Below, piece by piece: positions 37,701 through 50,460 of a stretch of DNA of 64,000 bases. Numbering within the stretch: position 1 is the first letter of the stretch; each line of letters starts with the position of its first letter. Position numbers and translations under genes: made by a program. Under the pieces are notes generated by a model. That model was not told the DNA's origin. It saw nothing but the letters and a program-made list of their open reading frames with translations, and did no database searches. The stretch is taken from contig OX597827.1 of the NCBI GenBank assembly GCA_951406725.2, positions 45,880,001 through 45,944,000 on the forward strand. The letters are read 5' to 3'. Origin of the DNA: Octopus vulgaris. Lineage: Eukaryota.

Positions 37701-39481
37701 TATAAGAACAGGTTGGAAAATATATTCAAGGAACTATTACTTCAGCTGATGACAAAGGTCTCTCTCTCTCAGAGTGAAGGACAAGGTTGTATGGTACTTG
37801 TGTATAAATTGCAATGTTGCGTAACACCTGAATATAAGCAGTGTGATGCAGTATTAGTCAATCTAAGGCTATGATAGAAGAAAGATACATAAACAAGATT
37901 TTTGTGCAATGGGATTGAACCAGGAACCACTTGATTAGAAAGTAAACTTCTTAGCCACATAGCCATGCCTGTTATATCATTCTGCCAACCCTTGAAGGAC
38001 ATAAAAGCGCAAAGTCTTCAGTGGGAAGGTTTAAATTTAGAATTTATAAGAATATAACTAAAAACACCAGAAGGTTTTTTTTTTTTGTCCTTCTACCACC
38101 CAGCCAAGTCTGATAATTCACCACCGTAATGAAAATAATATACAACAATAGCAATAACAGCTACAACGATGATATGGAACTCATTTTTGAAAGAAGAAAC
38201 GAAATTCCCCGGTGGTTATTAGTAATTGATGGATAATCCAACAGCAGATTATTAGCAGAAAAGAAACCAGTTCCAAATCTTGAACAATTCCTTCCCATGG
38301 GGGAGACAAGAAAATTTTGGATATGTTTTGGGAGAACAAACACAGTTCTTTTACTGGTTCTACAACAGAAGATGTTAATATTCTTTAAGAACAAAAATGA
38401 ACACAGAGTTTTTTTTCCTGTGTGATATTTTAGGACATTTTTTAATTTTGGTTAATACAAATTTATTTTTTATTTCCCATTCGGAATATTATTATTTTTT
38501 TAATTTTACAATTATTATAATAATAATTTTATGACAATTTTTTTTTATTTTTACATTTATGTAGTAATTATTTTTTGAAAGCATTTTATTATATTTTTTT
38601 GTAATTATATAATCATTAAATTTTTTTAATGATTTTAGTTTTACTTCTTAATAATTCTATTACATGCTTTTACAGTTTTATAGTTTTTTGTTTCACTATT
38701 TCATCATGGGTTATTTTTTTTACAACTATGTAATTTTTTGAAAAAAGAAAAAAAAATTTTAATATTTTTTGCTATATTTCTACTGATTTAACTGATTAAT
38801 TTATTCATTATGTTCATTTCTTTGTTCGACTTGCTAGTTTTTTTTTTTCTTTTTCCTTTAATATTTTGGTTCAATTAATTAATACACACTTCATTTTAGG
38901 GAGGAAAACAACATGAACTACATTATATGTCCTCCATCACAGTGACAACAATCACTGCCATTCAACCATTATCATACCAACAACCATAACCATCATGTAC
39001 TGGAGCCCCAACCATCATTAGTCATCATCAGTCACCATCACCCCAATCATTATCAATAACAAGCAGCCAACCATTATCAGATCCATCACCACCATCTTGA
39101 CCATCATTAATCCTAACTGATTGCTACTATCTCAGCCATTAATAATCCTCATCAATCACATCATTTCAGCCATCATCACTACCACTAGCTTAAACATCAT
39201 CAGTAACATTCACTATAAACTGATATCACCTTAACAATCAACATCATTTTTCATTAATCACATCAATATCATTCATCATTAATCACCACCACTCACCTAT
39301 CATCATCATCCGCATTTACTATCAAGGACCACCACAACTGTCATTAGTCCTCATAAATTGCCAACCACAACTTCAATAACCATTATATCCATCATAAATT
39401 TCCAATACCTTAATCACCCTTTATCATAAATCACCACTGCCTCAACACTATTAAGGCTTATAAATTACCACCACCACAACT

Positions 39482-39750
39482 ATCGTCATCGTCATCATCA
39501 TCATTTAACGTCCGACAATTTGACTGAGGACTGGTGAACCAGATGGCTGCACCAGGCCCCAATCTGATCTAGCAGAGCTTCTACAGCTGGATGCCCTTCC
39601 TAATGCCAACCACTCCGAGAGTGTAATGGGTGCTTTTACGTGCCACAGGCATGAGGGCCAGTCAGGCGGTACTGGTAACGGCCATGCTCAAATGGTGTTT
39701 TTTATGTGTGACCTGCACAGGAGCCAGTCCAGTGGCACTGGTAACAACAC
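39482..39750 (-). mobile_element. RTE 3' end fragment
   Basis: 'catcatcatttaacgtccg...ctacagctggatgcccttcctaatgccaaccactccgagagtg'. Confidence 0.85.
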
Positions 39751-40209
39751 TACTATCCCAACCTTACTAAGAGAGACAAAGAGCTAGGGCAAACTGTTCT
39801 ACTTGCTCTGCACAAAGGCCGGAAAGACTACCAGATATAGCAGAATATAATGGGACTGTTTTTAAATACAAGTGTGCTTGTGAAGGACTTATGTCATCAC
39901 ATAATTCACTCAATGATATAAGTAAATCTCCTTCAATGAAACTACTTAACCTCTCTTAAAAGTGGAGACCAAAAGAGCATTGGTTGTTACTAAATATTCA
40001 TTTGACTGACCGAATTTCTGTTGATAAATTTTATAAGATCTCACGTAGAGAGAACGTGTTTACTTCAAAGTATTCTATGCGCTAACAAAGAAGTCTATAT
40101 ATCATTGTGTACATGGATAGAAATAGCAGCCAAATTTCCTTCAAACTACATACTATCATTTTGAAATGGAGGAACACATTGGATAATTTAGCATTAGATA
40201 CAATATGTC

Positions 40210-40570
40210 TTAACCTTTTAGCGTTCAGATTATTCTGTCAAATGTAATGCTTGTTTATTCATATTGATCTGGTTGGAAAATATATTCAAGGAACTATTAC
40301 TTCAGCTGATGATAAAGGTCTCTCTCTCTCTCAGAGTGAAGGACAAGGTTGTATGGTACTTGTGTATAAACTGCAATGTTGCATAACACCTGAATATAAG
40401 CAATATCATGGAGTATTAGTCAATCTAACTTCAAAATTTCGATGATGTGATTGTTTATTTTTAGAAGGACATTATAGGGTAGGTGTGAGATATAAGAGCT
40501 GGTCAGTTTGAACATAAAACAGGTAGAATATTTTGGTCAAATATGGTCAGTTTAAATGTTGGAGGGTTAA
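40210..40570. mobile_element. piggyBac-like MITE carrying a captured local segment
   Basis: 'ttaacctttttagcgttcag' ... 'gttggagggttaa'; 40271-40428 duplicates 37711-37866. Confidence 0.65.
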
Positions 40571-42178
40571 AATAGATGGGATGGTCATAAATAGAATGCT
40601 GTTGATCATATCTGACCGACCAAAATTAAAAAGGGAAGGACACATTATACAGTGTAGTCTTAAATACACAGTCTCTTGAAATAGGATAGGATGGTCAGGA
40701 TTGGAATGACTTTGATCATATGTGGTTGACCTGGGGTCAAACAACAACTTCCAAGTTTTAAGATTAGCATGCCCTTCCATAAGGACTGCAAACAAAAAAT
40801 ATCTCAGGACCCCTGTAAAGCTTTTAATGTTTGTAAGTCAGTAAGATACTGAAGCAGATGGGAGGTAACTAGTTCCCTGGATAGGACACCAGTCATTTAC
40901 AAGTAGCATTCCCAGAAAATCTCATATATGCGTTTATTTTAGAAGTTATAATGAGGATGTAGCCATGCCCAGATAATCAACAAGTTCACAACCACAAGAT
41001 CTCAGGTTCAGTCCCTCTGCATGACGTTTTAGGAAAGTGTCTTTCACCATGGACTCAGATTAACCAGAATCCTGTGAGTGAAACTGCAGTGATGGAAAAC
41101 TGTGCTGAAGCTTGTTAATAGCCTGTGCTTGTGATACAAAGGATCAGTCTTGTTACGCATTGTCATGCTGATTCAGCTTAACTACTATATTAAGGGAACA
41201 CATGTCTGTGGAGTACTCAGCCACTTACATGTTAATGCAATGAGGAGGTTATCCTATTGATTGAATAATTAGACAATTAATCGTTGAAACCAACAGTATA
41301 GGGGTAAGTATCTCCACCTGTCACACAGGAGACTACTGTTCAATTCCCTGCTGGAGAGGCAACATATTCTTTAATTGTGGTGCTCCAGCATGACAACAAC
41401 CCCTGGCTGAAACCAATAAAAGATAAAAGGTAACACTGAAGTTATGACTTTAAAGGTAGTTGTTGACAGAACTGGTAGAGCACCAGACAAAACACCTTGT
41501 GGCATTTAATTATAGATTTTTTTTTTTACATTCTATGTTCAAATGGCTCTAAAGTTAGCTTTGCTTTTCAACCTTCCAGTATTGATAAAATAATTACCAG
41601 TGAAGTACTGAGATCAATATAATTTACTACACCTCATCCATCACCACCACCACCACCACCACCACCACCACAACCACCATCATCATCATCATCATCATCA
41701 TCAAAAGGCATGACCTTGTATCAAAGTCAGAAAACATGGTGGATTGGTAGAATCATTATCATTGGAGCAATGGAAAAAAAACCCAAAACATTCCAGTCCT
41801 TTGCTTTCTGAGTTTGTGTCCTACCATAATCAACTTTGTCTTTCCTCCCTCTGGCATCCATGAAATGAAATAGCAGTAAAATACTGGGGGTTGATGCAAC
41901 TAACTGACCCCCAATTGCTTCAATCTGCTGGCCCTGTGCCTATGCCAAACCCATTACAACATCAAATGAAATACCTTGCAGGTTTTTGTTCTGGCACTTC
42001 ACATTCTGAGTTCAAATCCTACCAAGATCAACCTTGCCTTTCACCCCTCTAGGGCCAATAAAATAAAGTTCTGGTCAAGTACCACTGCTGATGGCATTGA
42101 CAAACCCTCTACCCTTAAAACAGAATGGCTGGACTTGTGCCTTTATTATTATTATTATTATTATTATTATTGTTGCTA

Positions 42179-42733
42179 TTGAGTGAGGGAGCAGTGCATG
42201 CCATCAAAGTGACTTTGGGGTAAAATATAAGAAGTCCAGTATAGCCATAATGACTACCCGTCTGATATGGGTACACCAGGCAAATGCATCACAACCATAT
42301 GTGCGCGACATAGTGATCTCATATCAAGATAAGCAGCGTATGACCTTGCTGATGGGGCCTAGTTAGAATTTTCTTCAGGTTGAGTAGCCCATCCAGCTCA
42401 AAAGCTCCTTGAATAAGGGTTGTTTAAGGATGTTGAACGAAACACCCATGTTTCCAAAAGTGAATTATTCAAACCCCAAAGAATTCCCCTCAACATATGG
42501 CTATGATGCTCCCCCACTACTTCTGCTAGTGGTCAGAAATGCACATATTGTCGGCCACTAAGTGACATGCTCAACTAGTTATGGTCAAACAACTGACAAG
42601 CAAATCTGTGGTATTGAGCCGAATATTAGCTGTAGCTCATCTTTTATACCAAGACAAAACAATGTACATGATAATACTTCCAATCATTTAAGGTCAGAAA
42701 CCCTGAGATCCAGGCCTGATACTGCATCAGGGC

Positions 42734-42735
<2 letters not shown>
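42179..42735 (-). mobile_element. Family-C retroposon, full length
   Basis: Reverse complement of 25482-26020, flanked by (TTA)n on both sides. Confidence 0.85.
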
Positions 42736-42768
<33 letters not shown>

Positions 42769-42908
42769 GTGTGGCAAGCAGGCACCTTAATAATAATAAA
42801 TCAGGCTTTGTGTCTATAACAGAAATAATTATTATTATTATTATTATTATTGCATTGTCCCCCCTCATCCATCACCATGATGATAATTAAATGAAATCAT
42901 TATTATTA

Positions 42909-43129
42909 AGGCAGTGAGCTGGCAGAATCGTTAGCACACCAGGCAAAATGCATAGCAGTATTTTGTCTCTCTTTACGCTATGAGTTCAAATTCTGCAGGG
43001 TTTGATTTTGCCATTCATCCTTCTGGCATTGATAAATTAAGTACCAGTGAAACATTGGGGGTCGATATAATCGACTAGTCAGTCCCTTTCCCCTAAAATT
43101 TCAGGCCTTGTGCATATAGCAGAAAGGAC

Positions 43130-43164
<35 letters not shown>

Positions 43165-43798
43165 GACATTTGATAGTTTCAGGCAAATTTCAACTGCAAC
43201 ACCTGCTACAACTCCACACTGCTGAGGTGTGTGTACTGCATTGTGTTCTTTGATTTTTATCGTTGAGGGGGGAGTACAAACTTCCCAGTATTGTATAGCA
43301 TCCGTTTTGTTTTGTTACGGGGTTTGGTTGCAGCCTTTTGTTGCTTTAGTGTTTGTCCTGTGTGTTGTGTGTGCAATGCGACCTGTAGAGTACATGTTGT
43401 GTGGGTTGTCTATTTTATTGAATATTTACTGTACAGAGTGATTGTGGATTATTTTGTTTGGTTTGTAGCATTGAATTGATAGCATTTTGCGTAGGATGTG
43501 CGCTATTCTTAGCTGCTCTATTTCTATTATTATTACTATTATCATCATCATCATTATTATTATTATTATTATTATCAATATTATATCTAAGTTGGCAGAA
43601 ACAGTAGCACGCTGGGTAAAATGCTTAGCAGCATTTCATTCACCTTGGTGTTCTGAGTTCAAATTCCACCAAGGTCAACTTTGCCTTCCATCCTTTTGGG
43701 AGGTCGATAAATTAAGTACCAGTTGTGTACTGGGGTTGATTTAATCAACTGCCCCCCGCTCCTCCAAAATTCCAAGCCTTGTGCCTATTGTAGAAAGG

Positions 43799-43831
<33 letters not shown>

Positions 43832-44880
43832 TCTAAGTTAGCGAGCTGGCAGAATTGTTAGCATGCTAAGTGAAATGTTTAGCGATATTTCGTCCGTCTT
43901 CACGTCCTAAGTTCAAATTCCACCAAGGTTTACTTTGCCTTTCATCCTTTTGGAGTCGATAAATTAAGTACCAGTTGATTTAATCGACTGGCCCTCCTCC
44001 AAAATTTCAGGTCTCATGCCTATAGTAGAAAGGATTATTATTATTATTATATCTAAGGTGGTGAGCTGGCAGAATTGTTAGCATGCTAGGTGAAATGTTT
44101 AGTGGTATTTTGTCCATTTTCATGTTCTGAGTTCAAGTTCCTCCCAGGTCAACTTTGCCTTTCAGCCTTTTGGGGTTGATAAAATCAAGGAGCACTCTGT
44201 CGGTTATGACGATGAAGGTCCCAGCTGACATGATCAATGGAACAGCTTGCTCATGAAACTAACATGCATGTGACTGAGCACTCCCCAGATATGTGTACCC
44301 TTAACGTACTTCTCAGGGAGATTCAACGTGACACAGAGTGTGACAAGGCTGGCCCTTTGAAATACAGGTACAAATCATTTTCACCAGCTGAGCAGACTGG
44401 AGCAACATGAAATAAAGTGTCTTGCTCAAGGACACAATATATCGCCGGGAATTGAACTCACAACCTTACGATTGTGAGCTGAATACCCTAACCAAGCCAT
44501 GTGCCTTTGCGCTGATAAAATAAGTACCAGTTGAATACTGGGGTCAATGCAATTGACTTACTCTCTCCCTAAAATTGCTAGCCCTAAGCCAAAATTATTA
44601 TTATTATTATTATTATTATTATTGTTTTCATCCTTCTGGAGTGGATAAATTAAGTACCAGTGAAACACGGGGGCGGAAGGGGTCGATGAAATCGCTCCCA
44701 CTAAAATTTCAGGCTTTGTACCTATAATAGAAAGAATTATTGTTGTTGTTGTTACAGAGTTTAAATTCTGCAGAGATAGACTTTGCCTTTCATACTTTCA
44801 GGGTCAATAAAATAAGTACCAGTTAAGTACTGGGGATGGGGGGGCCAATGTAATCAACTAGTCCCCTCCCCTCAAATTAA
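42909..44880 (+). mobile_element. Cluster of family-A SINEs in (TTA)n runs, with a minus-strand tRNA SINE nested at ~44190-44510
   Basis: Heads at ~42909, 43588, 43835, 44055; partial copies to 44880; the fourth copy is split by 'gagcactctgtcggttatgacg...ccctaaccaagccatgtgcc'. Confidence 0.85.
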
Positions 44881-44991
44881 AGAGTTGTAAGAAATGCTGC
44901 GAAGTATTTTGTCCTGTGTAGTAACAATTCTGTTAGCTTGCTGCCTTATGATGATGATGATGAGGATATACCTTTTTATTATCATAAGTGC

Positions 44992-45033
<42 letters not shown>

Positions 45034-46516
45034 CAGTAGAGTGAATGGGGTGGCGTGAGTGATGCTGATGACAGAAATGTGTAACTGTGATGGGTGGATG
45101 GGTGGGGTAAATTATCAAAGAACTAGAAAGAGAGACAGAGACAGACATAGTGAGAGATAGAGAGAGACAGACAGATAGAGAGAGAGGATAAGCCAGCAGA
45201 TAAAAAGCCAAAGCACCAAAGAAATGGTGGGGGTGGAGAGTGGATTAAGACAAATGGGGGAGTAGGTGGGTTGGGGTGGAGGTGAGGGGGGTGTAGTTTG
45301 CACTAAAAACTAAAAAAAAAAGAGGAAAAAAAAGAAAGGAAAATGAAAATGAGAGGTGGGTGGTGAAAATAAAAGCGGTCAAAAGAAACGACTGATAGGA
45401 TTGCCGATTGCGTGTAACGAGAAGGCATGTGGTTAATGATGGCGGCATGGCGACAACGAGAAAGGATTAAGAGACAGCGCAGAACTAAGAAGACTGCATA
45501 GTTGCATGACTGACTGCATGGCTGCACATGTTGCTGCCACCACCACCACCGACAACAACAACAACAACAAGAATGGTTAACAGTAATAACAATGCTGCTG
45601 CCAGTATGAGTTCTTGAGGAGACTGGGTGATACAGAAGTATGCTATGTTCTAATAAAGGAATTAAAAGAAAAAAAAAAGTATTAGTTGTGGAGGAGTGGA
45701 GGTCTGCATGGGAGTGGAGGTGGATAAGGCCAGATTAAAGATGTGGTAGTGGTGGTGGAGGTGGTGATAATATTGTTGTGGCTGTTGTTACTGTTATGGT
45801 TGTAGTGGCATGATTTAAAAACGCAGTTTCAGAGTTGAGAGTTGGAGTAGTAGTTGAGGTGGTAGTGGCTGTGCATTTGATAGTAGCAGCAGCAGTGGTA
45901 GTAGTAGTAGTAGTTGTTGTTGTTGCTGCTGCTGTCGTGTTGATGGTATTGGTGGTGTAACTGAAGGGATATTAAGTGAGGAATTTTGTTTGTTGCTACT
46001 ATTGTTGTTGTTGTTGTGGTGGTGGTAGTGGAGGTGGTCATCGTCATGGTCAGGCTGCTGCTTCTGCCACTGCTTAGTGGGCAGTTTGGTAAGAGTGGTT
46101 GTTGTCATAATGGTAGTTACAGTAAGTGACAACTGTTGTGGTAGTGGCAGCTGTGGTGGTTTATATCAATGGTTCCTGACCTGTGGTCTGCAGACCCCTG
46201 ATGGTCTTCAATGGTAGTACTGGAGGTCCGTGAACATGTTAAGCTGACAGACCTTTCAATATCTTGGAGTCTGTGGGAAAATTCATTTAAATAAAAATGG
46301 GGTCCTTGGTAGTGAAAAAGTTGGGAAACCGTTGTGGCAGACGCCCCCAGGTGAAAAGTGGGCTGCTAAACTATTAATAAAAAGTGGACTGACACAGTCA
46401 GTAATGTCAGTCAGCGAGGTACGCTGTTCGGGCTAGTCCCGCAGAGACGACGAAATGTAGTCAAATCGTAGGACATAACAGTGGCAACGAGGATGAGATG
46501 TAAATGGAAGTGACTA

Positions 46517-46925
46517 TCTTTTATCTTTTACTTGTTTCAGTCATTTGACTGCAGCCATGCTGGAGCACCACCTTTAGTCGAGCAAATCAACCCCAGGACT
46601 TATTCTTTGTAAGCCTAGTACTTATTCTATCAGTTTCTTTTGCCGAACCGCTAAGTTACAGGGACATAAACACACCAGCAACAGTTGTCAAGTGATGTTG
46701 GGGACAAACACAGACACGCAAACATATACACGCACATACATATATATATATATACATACACATATATATACGATGGGCTTCTTTCAGTTTCCGTCTACCA
46801 AATCCACTCACAAGGCTTTGGTTGGTCTGAGGTCATAGTAGAAGACACTTGCACAGTAGGAATGAACCCGGAACCATGTGGTTGGTAAGCAAGCTACTTA
46901 CCACACAGCCACTCCTGCACCTATA
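46517..46925 (-). mobile_element. Family-B SINE nested in the LTR element
   Basis: Reverse-complement match to the family-B consensus. Confidence 0.9.
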
Positions 46926-47160
46926 GCCACTCCTTCACTAGTCCTCCTGACAAGTGAAGAACATGTAGAAAATTCTAAAATTAGAGAATCTGAGCCATCT
47001 GTTACAGAAAAGGTCCTTCTCCTGAAAATGCTTGAGAAATTGTTCTAATGCAAATACTTTAAAAGATAATGAAAGTTTGCAGGCAGCCGATCCAGTTTCT
47101 GCCAAGAAAAATGTAATGAAAGGAAAAGTCATAGAAATGAAAACACACACACACACATAT

Positions 47161-48712
47161 CATCATCATCATCATCATCATCGTTTAACGTCCGTTCTCC
47201 ATGCTAGCATGGGTTGGACGGTTCGACTGGGGATCTGGGAAGCCAGAAGGCTGCACCAGGCTCCAGTCTTATCTGGCAGTGTTTCTACAGCTGGATGCCC
47301 TTCCTAACGCCAACCACTCCGTGAGTGTAGTGGGTGCTTTTTACGTGCCACCTGCACAGGTGCCAGGCGAGGCTGGCAATGGCCACGGTCAGATTGGTGT
47401 ATTTTATGTGCCACCGGCACAGAAGCCAGACGAGGCGGAGCTGGCATCGGCCACGAGTCGGATAGTGCTTTTTACGCCACGAGTCGGATAGTGCTTTTTA
47501 CGTACCACCAGACCAGGGATCCTGGCTGGTTCAATTCGATTCGATTTCGCTTGCCCCAACATGTCTTCGCAAGCAAGGGGGTTGGCATGGGTGCCTGTCG
47601 TACGGTCAGATTGGTGTATTTTACGTGCCACCGGCACAGAAGCCAGTGGAGGCGGCGCTGGCATCGGCCACGAGTCGGATAGTGCTTTTTACGTACCACC
47701 AGACCAGGGATCTTGGCTGGTTCAATTCGATTTCGATTTCGCTTGCCGCAACATGTCTTCGCAAGCAAAGGGGGTTGGCATGGGTGCCTGTCATCGGATG
47801 AGGTTCTATATTGACTTCGCTTGCCTCAACAGGTCTTTGTGTCCAAGGGAGGAAAGGCATTCATAAGTAGGCTGGGCTCACTTGTCCTGCCTGGTCTTCT
47901 CACGTACAGAATATTTCCAAAGGTCTCGGTCGCTGGTCATTTCCTCAGTGAGGCCTAAAGTTCGAAGGTCGTGCTTCACCACCTCGTCCCAGGTTTTCCT
48001 GGGTCTACCTCTTCCACGGGTTCCCTCAACTGCTAAGGATTGGCACTTTCTCACACACCTATCTTCATCCATTCTCGCCACATGACCATACCAGCGCAAT
48101 CGTCTCTCTTGCACACCACAACTGATGCCTCTTAGGTACAACATTTCTCTCAAGGTACTAACGCTCTGTCAAGTATGTACACTGACATTACACATCCATC
48201 GGAGCATACTGGCTTCATTCCTCACGAGCTTACGCATGTCCTCGGCAGTCACGGCCCATGTTTCACTGCCATGTAGCATGGCTGTTCGTACACACGCATC
48301 ATACAGTCTGCCTTTTACTCTGAGCGAGAGGCCTTTAGTCACCAGCAGAGGTAAGAGCTCCCTAAACTTTGCCCAGGCTATTCTTATTCTAGCAGTTACA
48401 CTTTCAGCGCACCCACCCCCACTACTGACTTGGTCACCTAGATAACGGAAGCTATCAACTACTTCTAGTTTTTCCCCTTGGAAAGTGACGGAAGTTATTT
48501 TCTGCAGATTTTCGGAGGTTAATGCTCCTGAGCATCTGCCACATACAAAAACTATCTTCCCAGTTAGCCTACCTTTGACATTGCTGCACCTCTTATGTGT
48601 CCATAGCTTACACTGGGTACATCTTATAGAGTTTCTACCTACACCTTTTCTACAGATCGAGCAGGGCCATCTTCCTGAAGACATTTGTGGATTGTCTACC
48701 TTCCTACTTACC
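47161..48712 (-). mobile_element. 5'-truncated RTE-clade LINE: PHD finger, RT C-terminal region, ~700-nt 3' UTR, (GAT)n tail
   Basis: One frame from 48684 to 47878 with a single internal TGA at 48169: LEVVDSFRYLG, LYDACVRTAMLHGSETW, LRWYGHVARM, GRGRPRKTWDEVV are RTE ORF2 signatures. Confidence 0.93.
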
Positions 48713-48733
48713 TACTTATGATCACTATATGAT

Positions 48734-48765
<32 letters not shown>

Positions 48766-48770
<5 letters not shown>

Positions 48771-49052
48771 AATAATAATAAGGGTAAAATTAATTAATTA
48801 GTAATTAATAATTTTTCCAAGCAGTGTTCAGTATGTAAAAAGACCATTTACGGTATATTTAAAACATCACTTTATATAATTAGGGTTCAGCAAACAAATT
48901 TCTACTTTACCACACACCAAACTTTTAGAAAGAGTATACATTGTCTGGGAGACTCTTCTTATAGTAGAGGAAATAGCTAAATTCTTTGGCTGCTATTTCT
49001 AAAAGTTCGGTGTGTGGTAAAGTAAATTTTTTTGTTGAACCCTAATTATATA
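48766..49052. repeat. (TA)n-flanked element with ~55-bp inverted arms
   Basis: 'ataattagggttcagcaaacaaatttctactttaccacacaccaaacttttagaaa' (48876-48931) pairs with 48996-49049. Confidence 0.8.
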
Positions 49053-49057
49053 TATAT

Positions 49058-49218
49058 GTTGGCGTTAGGAAGGGCATCCAGCTGTAGAAACATTGCCAGA
49101 TAAGACTGGAGCCTGGTGCAGCCTTCTGGCTTCCCAGATCCCCGGTCGAACTGTCCAACCCATGCTAGCATGGAGAACGGATGTTAAACGATGATGATGA
49201 TGATGATGATGATGATGA
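49058..49218 (+). mobile_element. RTE 3' terminal fragment with (GAT)n tail
   Basis: Reverse complement of 47161-47315. Confidence 0.9.
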
Positions 49219-50028
49219 TATGCTGTGAAGAAATAATAAATATAATTCTATAAGAAAAGAAAAATAATTCTGGTTAGAAGAAAAAGTAATGGAAAAAAAA
49301 AATGTATTGAAAGGAAAAAAAATCTCAAAAGGGGGAGGTGTTGATGCCCCCAGGTGAGCTGTAGGCTGGTCCACTACTAATAAACAGTGGACTGACACAG
49401 TCAGTACTGTCAGTCGGCAAAGTATGCTGTTCGGGTCAGTCCCACAAAGGTTATGAAATATGTTGTCATAAAGCAGGACGTAGCAGAAACACTGGTTTAT
49501 ATGGTAGTAGTACCTGATGTGGTAGTGGTGGTAGTGGTTGTCATGATAGTGATGGTTGCTGTCATAGTAGTATTTGTTGTGATAGTGATCATCATTGTTG
49601 TAGTGGTGGTGGTGGTTGCTATGTTATTCACAGTTGTTGTTATGGTGCAAATGATGGTCCTGGTGACTAGTTGTGAAGCTCTGAGCCTGTTTTGGTATCA
49701 ATAACTGTTGTGGCTTTGGTGGTAGTATGCATGCAAGCTTGTTTATTAATGTGCATACTTGTATAAATTTATCAGTGTATGTGTAGTTGTGCAGCGAGAA
49801 GTTTGCTTCCCAACCATATGGTACTGGGTTTGGTCCCTCTGCATGGCACCTTGGTCAAGAGGTTTTGGGGCCAACCAAAGCCTTGTGAATGGATTTGGTC
49901 ATATATATATGCATGCACTTGTGTGTGTGTGTTTGCATCTGTGTTTGTCACTCCCATCACCTCTTGACAAATGGTGTAGATGTGTTCATGTCAAAGTAAC
50001 TAAGCAGTTTGGCAAAAGAAGGTGATAG

Positions 50029-50192
50029 GCGTAGGAGTGGCTGTGTGGTAAGTAGCTTGCTTACCAACCACATGGTCCCGGGTTCAGTCCCACTGCGTAG
50101 TACCTTGGGCAAGTGTCTTCTATAGCCTCAAGCCGTCCAAAGCCTTGTAAGTGGGTTTGGTAGACGAAAACTGAAAAAAAACCCGTCGTATA

Positions 50193-50253
<61 letters not shown>

Positions 50254-50460
50254 GTGTGTGAATATGTTTGTGTGTCTGTGTTTGTCCCCCAACATCGCTT
50301 GGTGTGTTTATGTTCCCGTAACTTAGCAGTTCAGCAAAAAAGACTGATAGAATAAGTACTAGGCTTCCAAAGAATAAGTCCTGGGGTCGATTTGTTCGAC
50401 TAAAGGTGGTGCTCCAGCATGGCCACAGTCAAATGACTGAAACAAGTAAAAGAGTAAAAA
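50029..50460 (+). mobile_element. Family-B SINE (other copies: 52602-52965 +, 55540-55892 -, 58901-59270 +, 63184-63600 -)
   Basis: Match to the consensus at 32401-32800. Confidence 0.9.

Larger units (their letters stand above)
46330..49485 (+). mobile_element. Miniature non-autonomous LTR retrotransposon (TRIM-like) with nested insertions
   Basis: 5' LTR 46330-46480 (cgttg...taaca), PBS 'tggcaacgagg' 46482-46492, PPT 'aaaagggggagg' 49327-49338, 3' LTR 49339-49485 (tgttg...tagca), 5-bp TSD GAAAC (46325-46329 / 49486-49490). Confidence 0.85.
46167..49494. mobile_element. hAT-like MITE (~165 bp of its own sequence) split by the LTR element
   Basis: Left end 'caatggttcctgacc'; right end restored as 'gttgggaaac|actg'; 8-bp TSD GTTTATAT at 46159-46166 and 49495-49502. 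Confidence 0.8.

Noticed and set aside
38103-38400. Plus-strand coding exon after a strong pyrimidine tract
   Set aside because: All three frames stop within 50 nt of the acceptor; only a 35-aa internal ORF. At most non-coding.
46930-47140. Coding-looking stretch as a host exon or gag gene
   Set aside because: Short open frames without motifs or splice support; it lies inside the LTR element.
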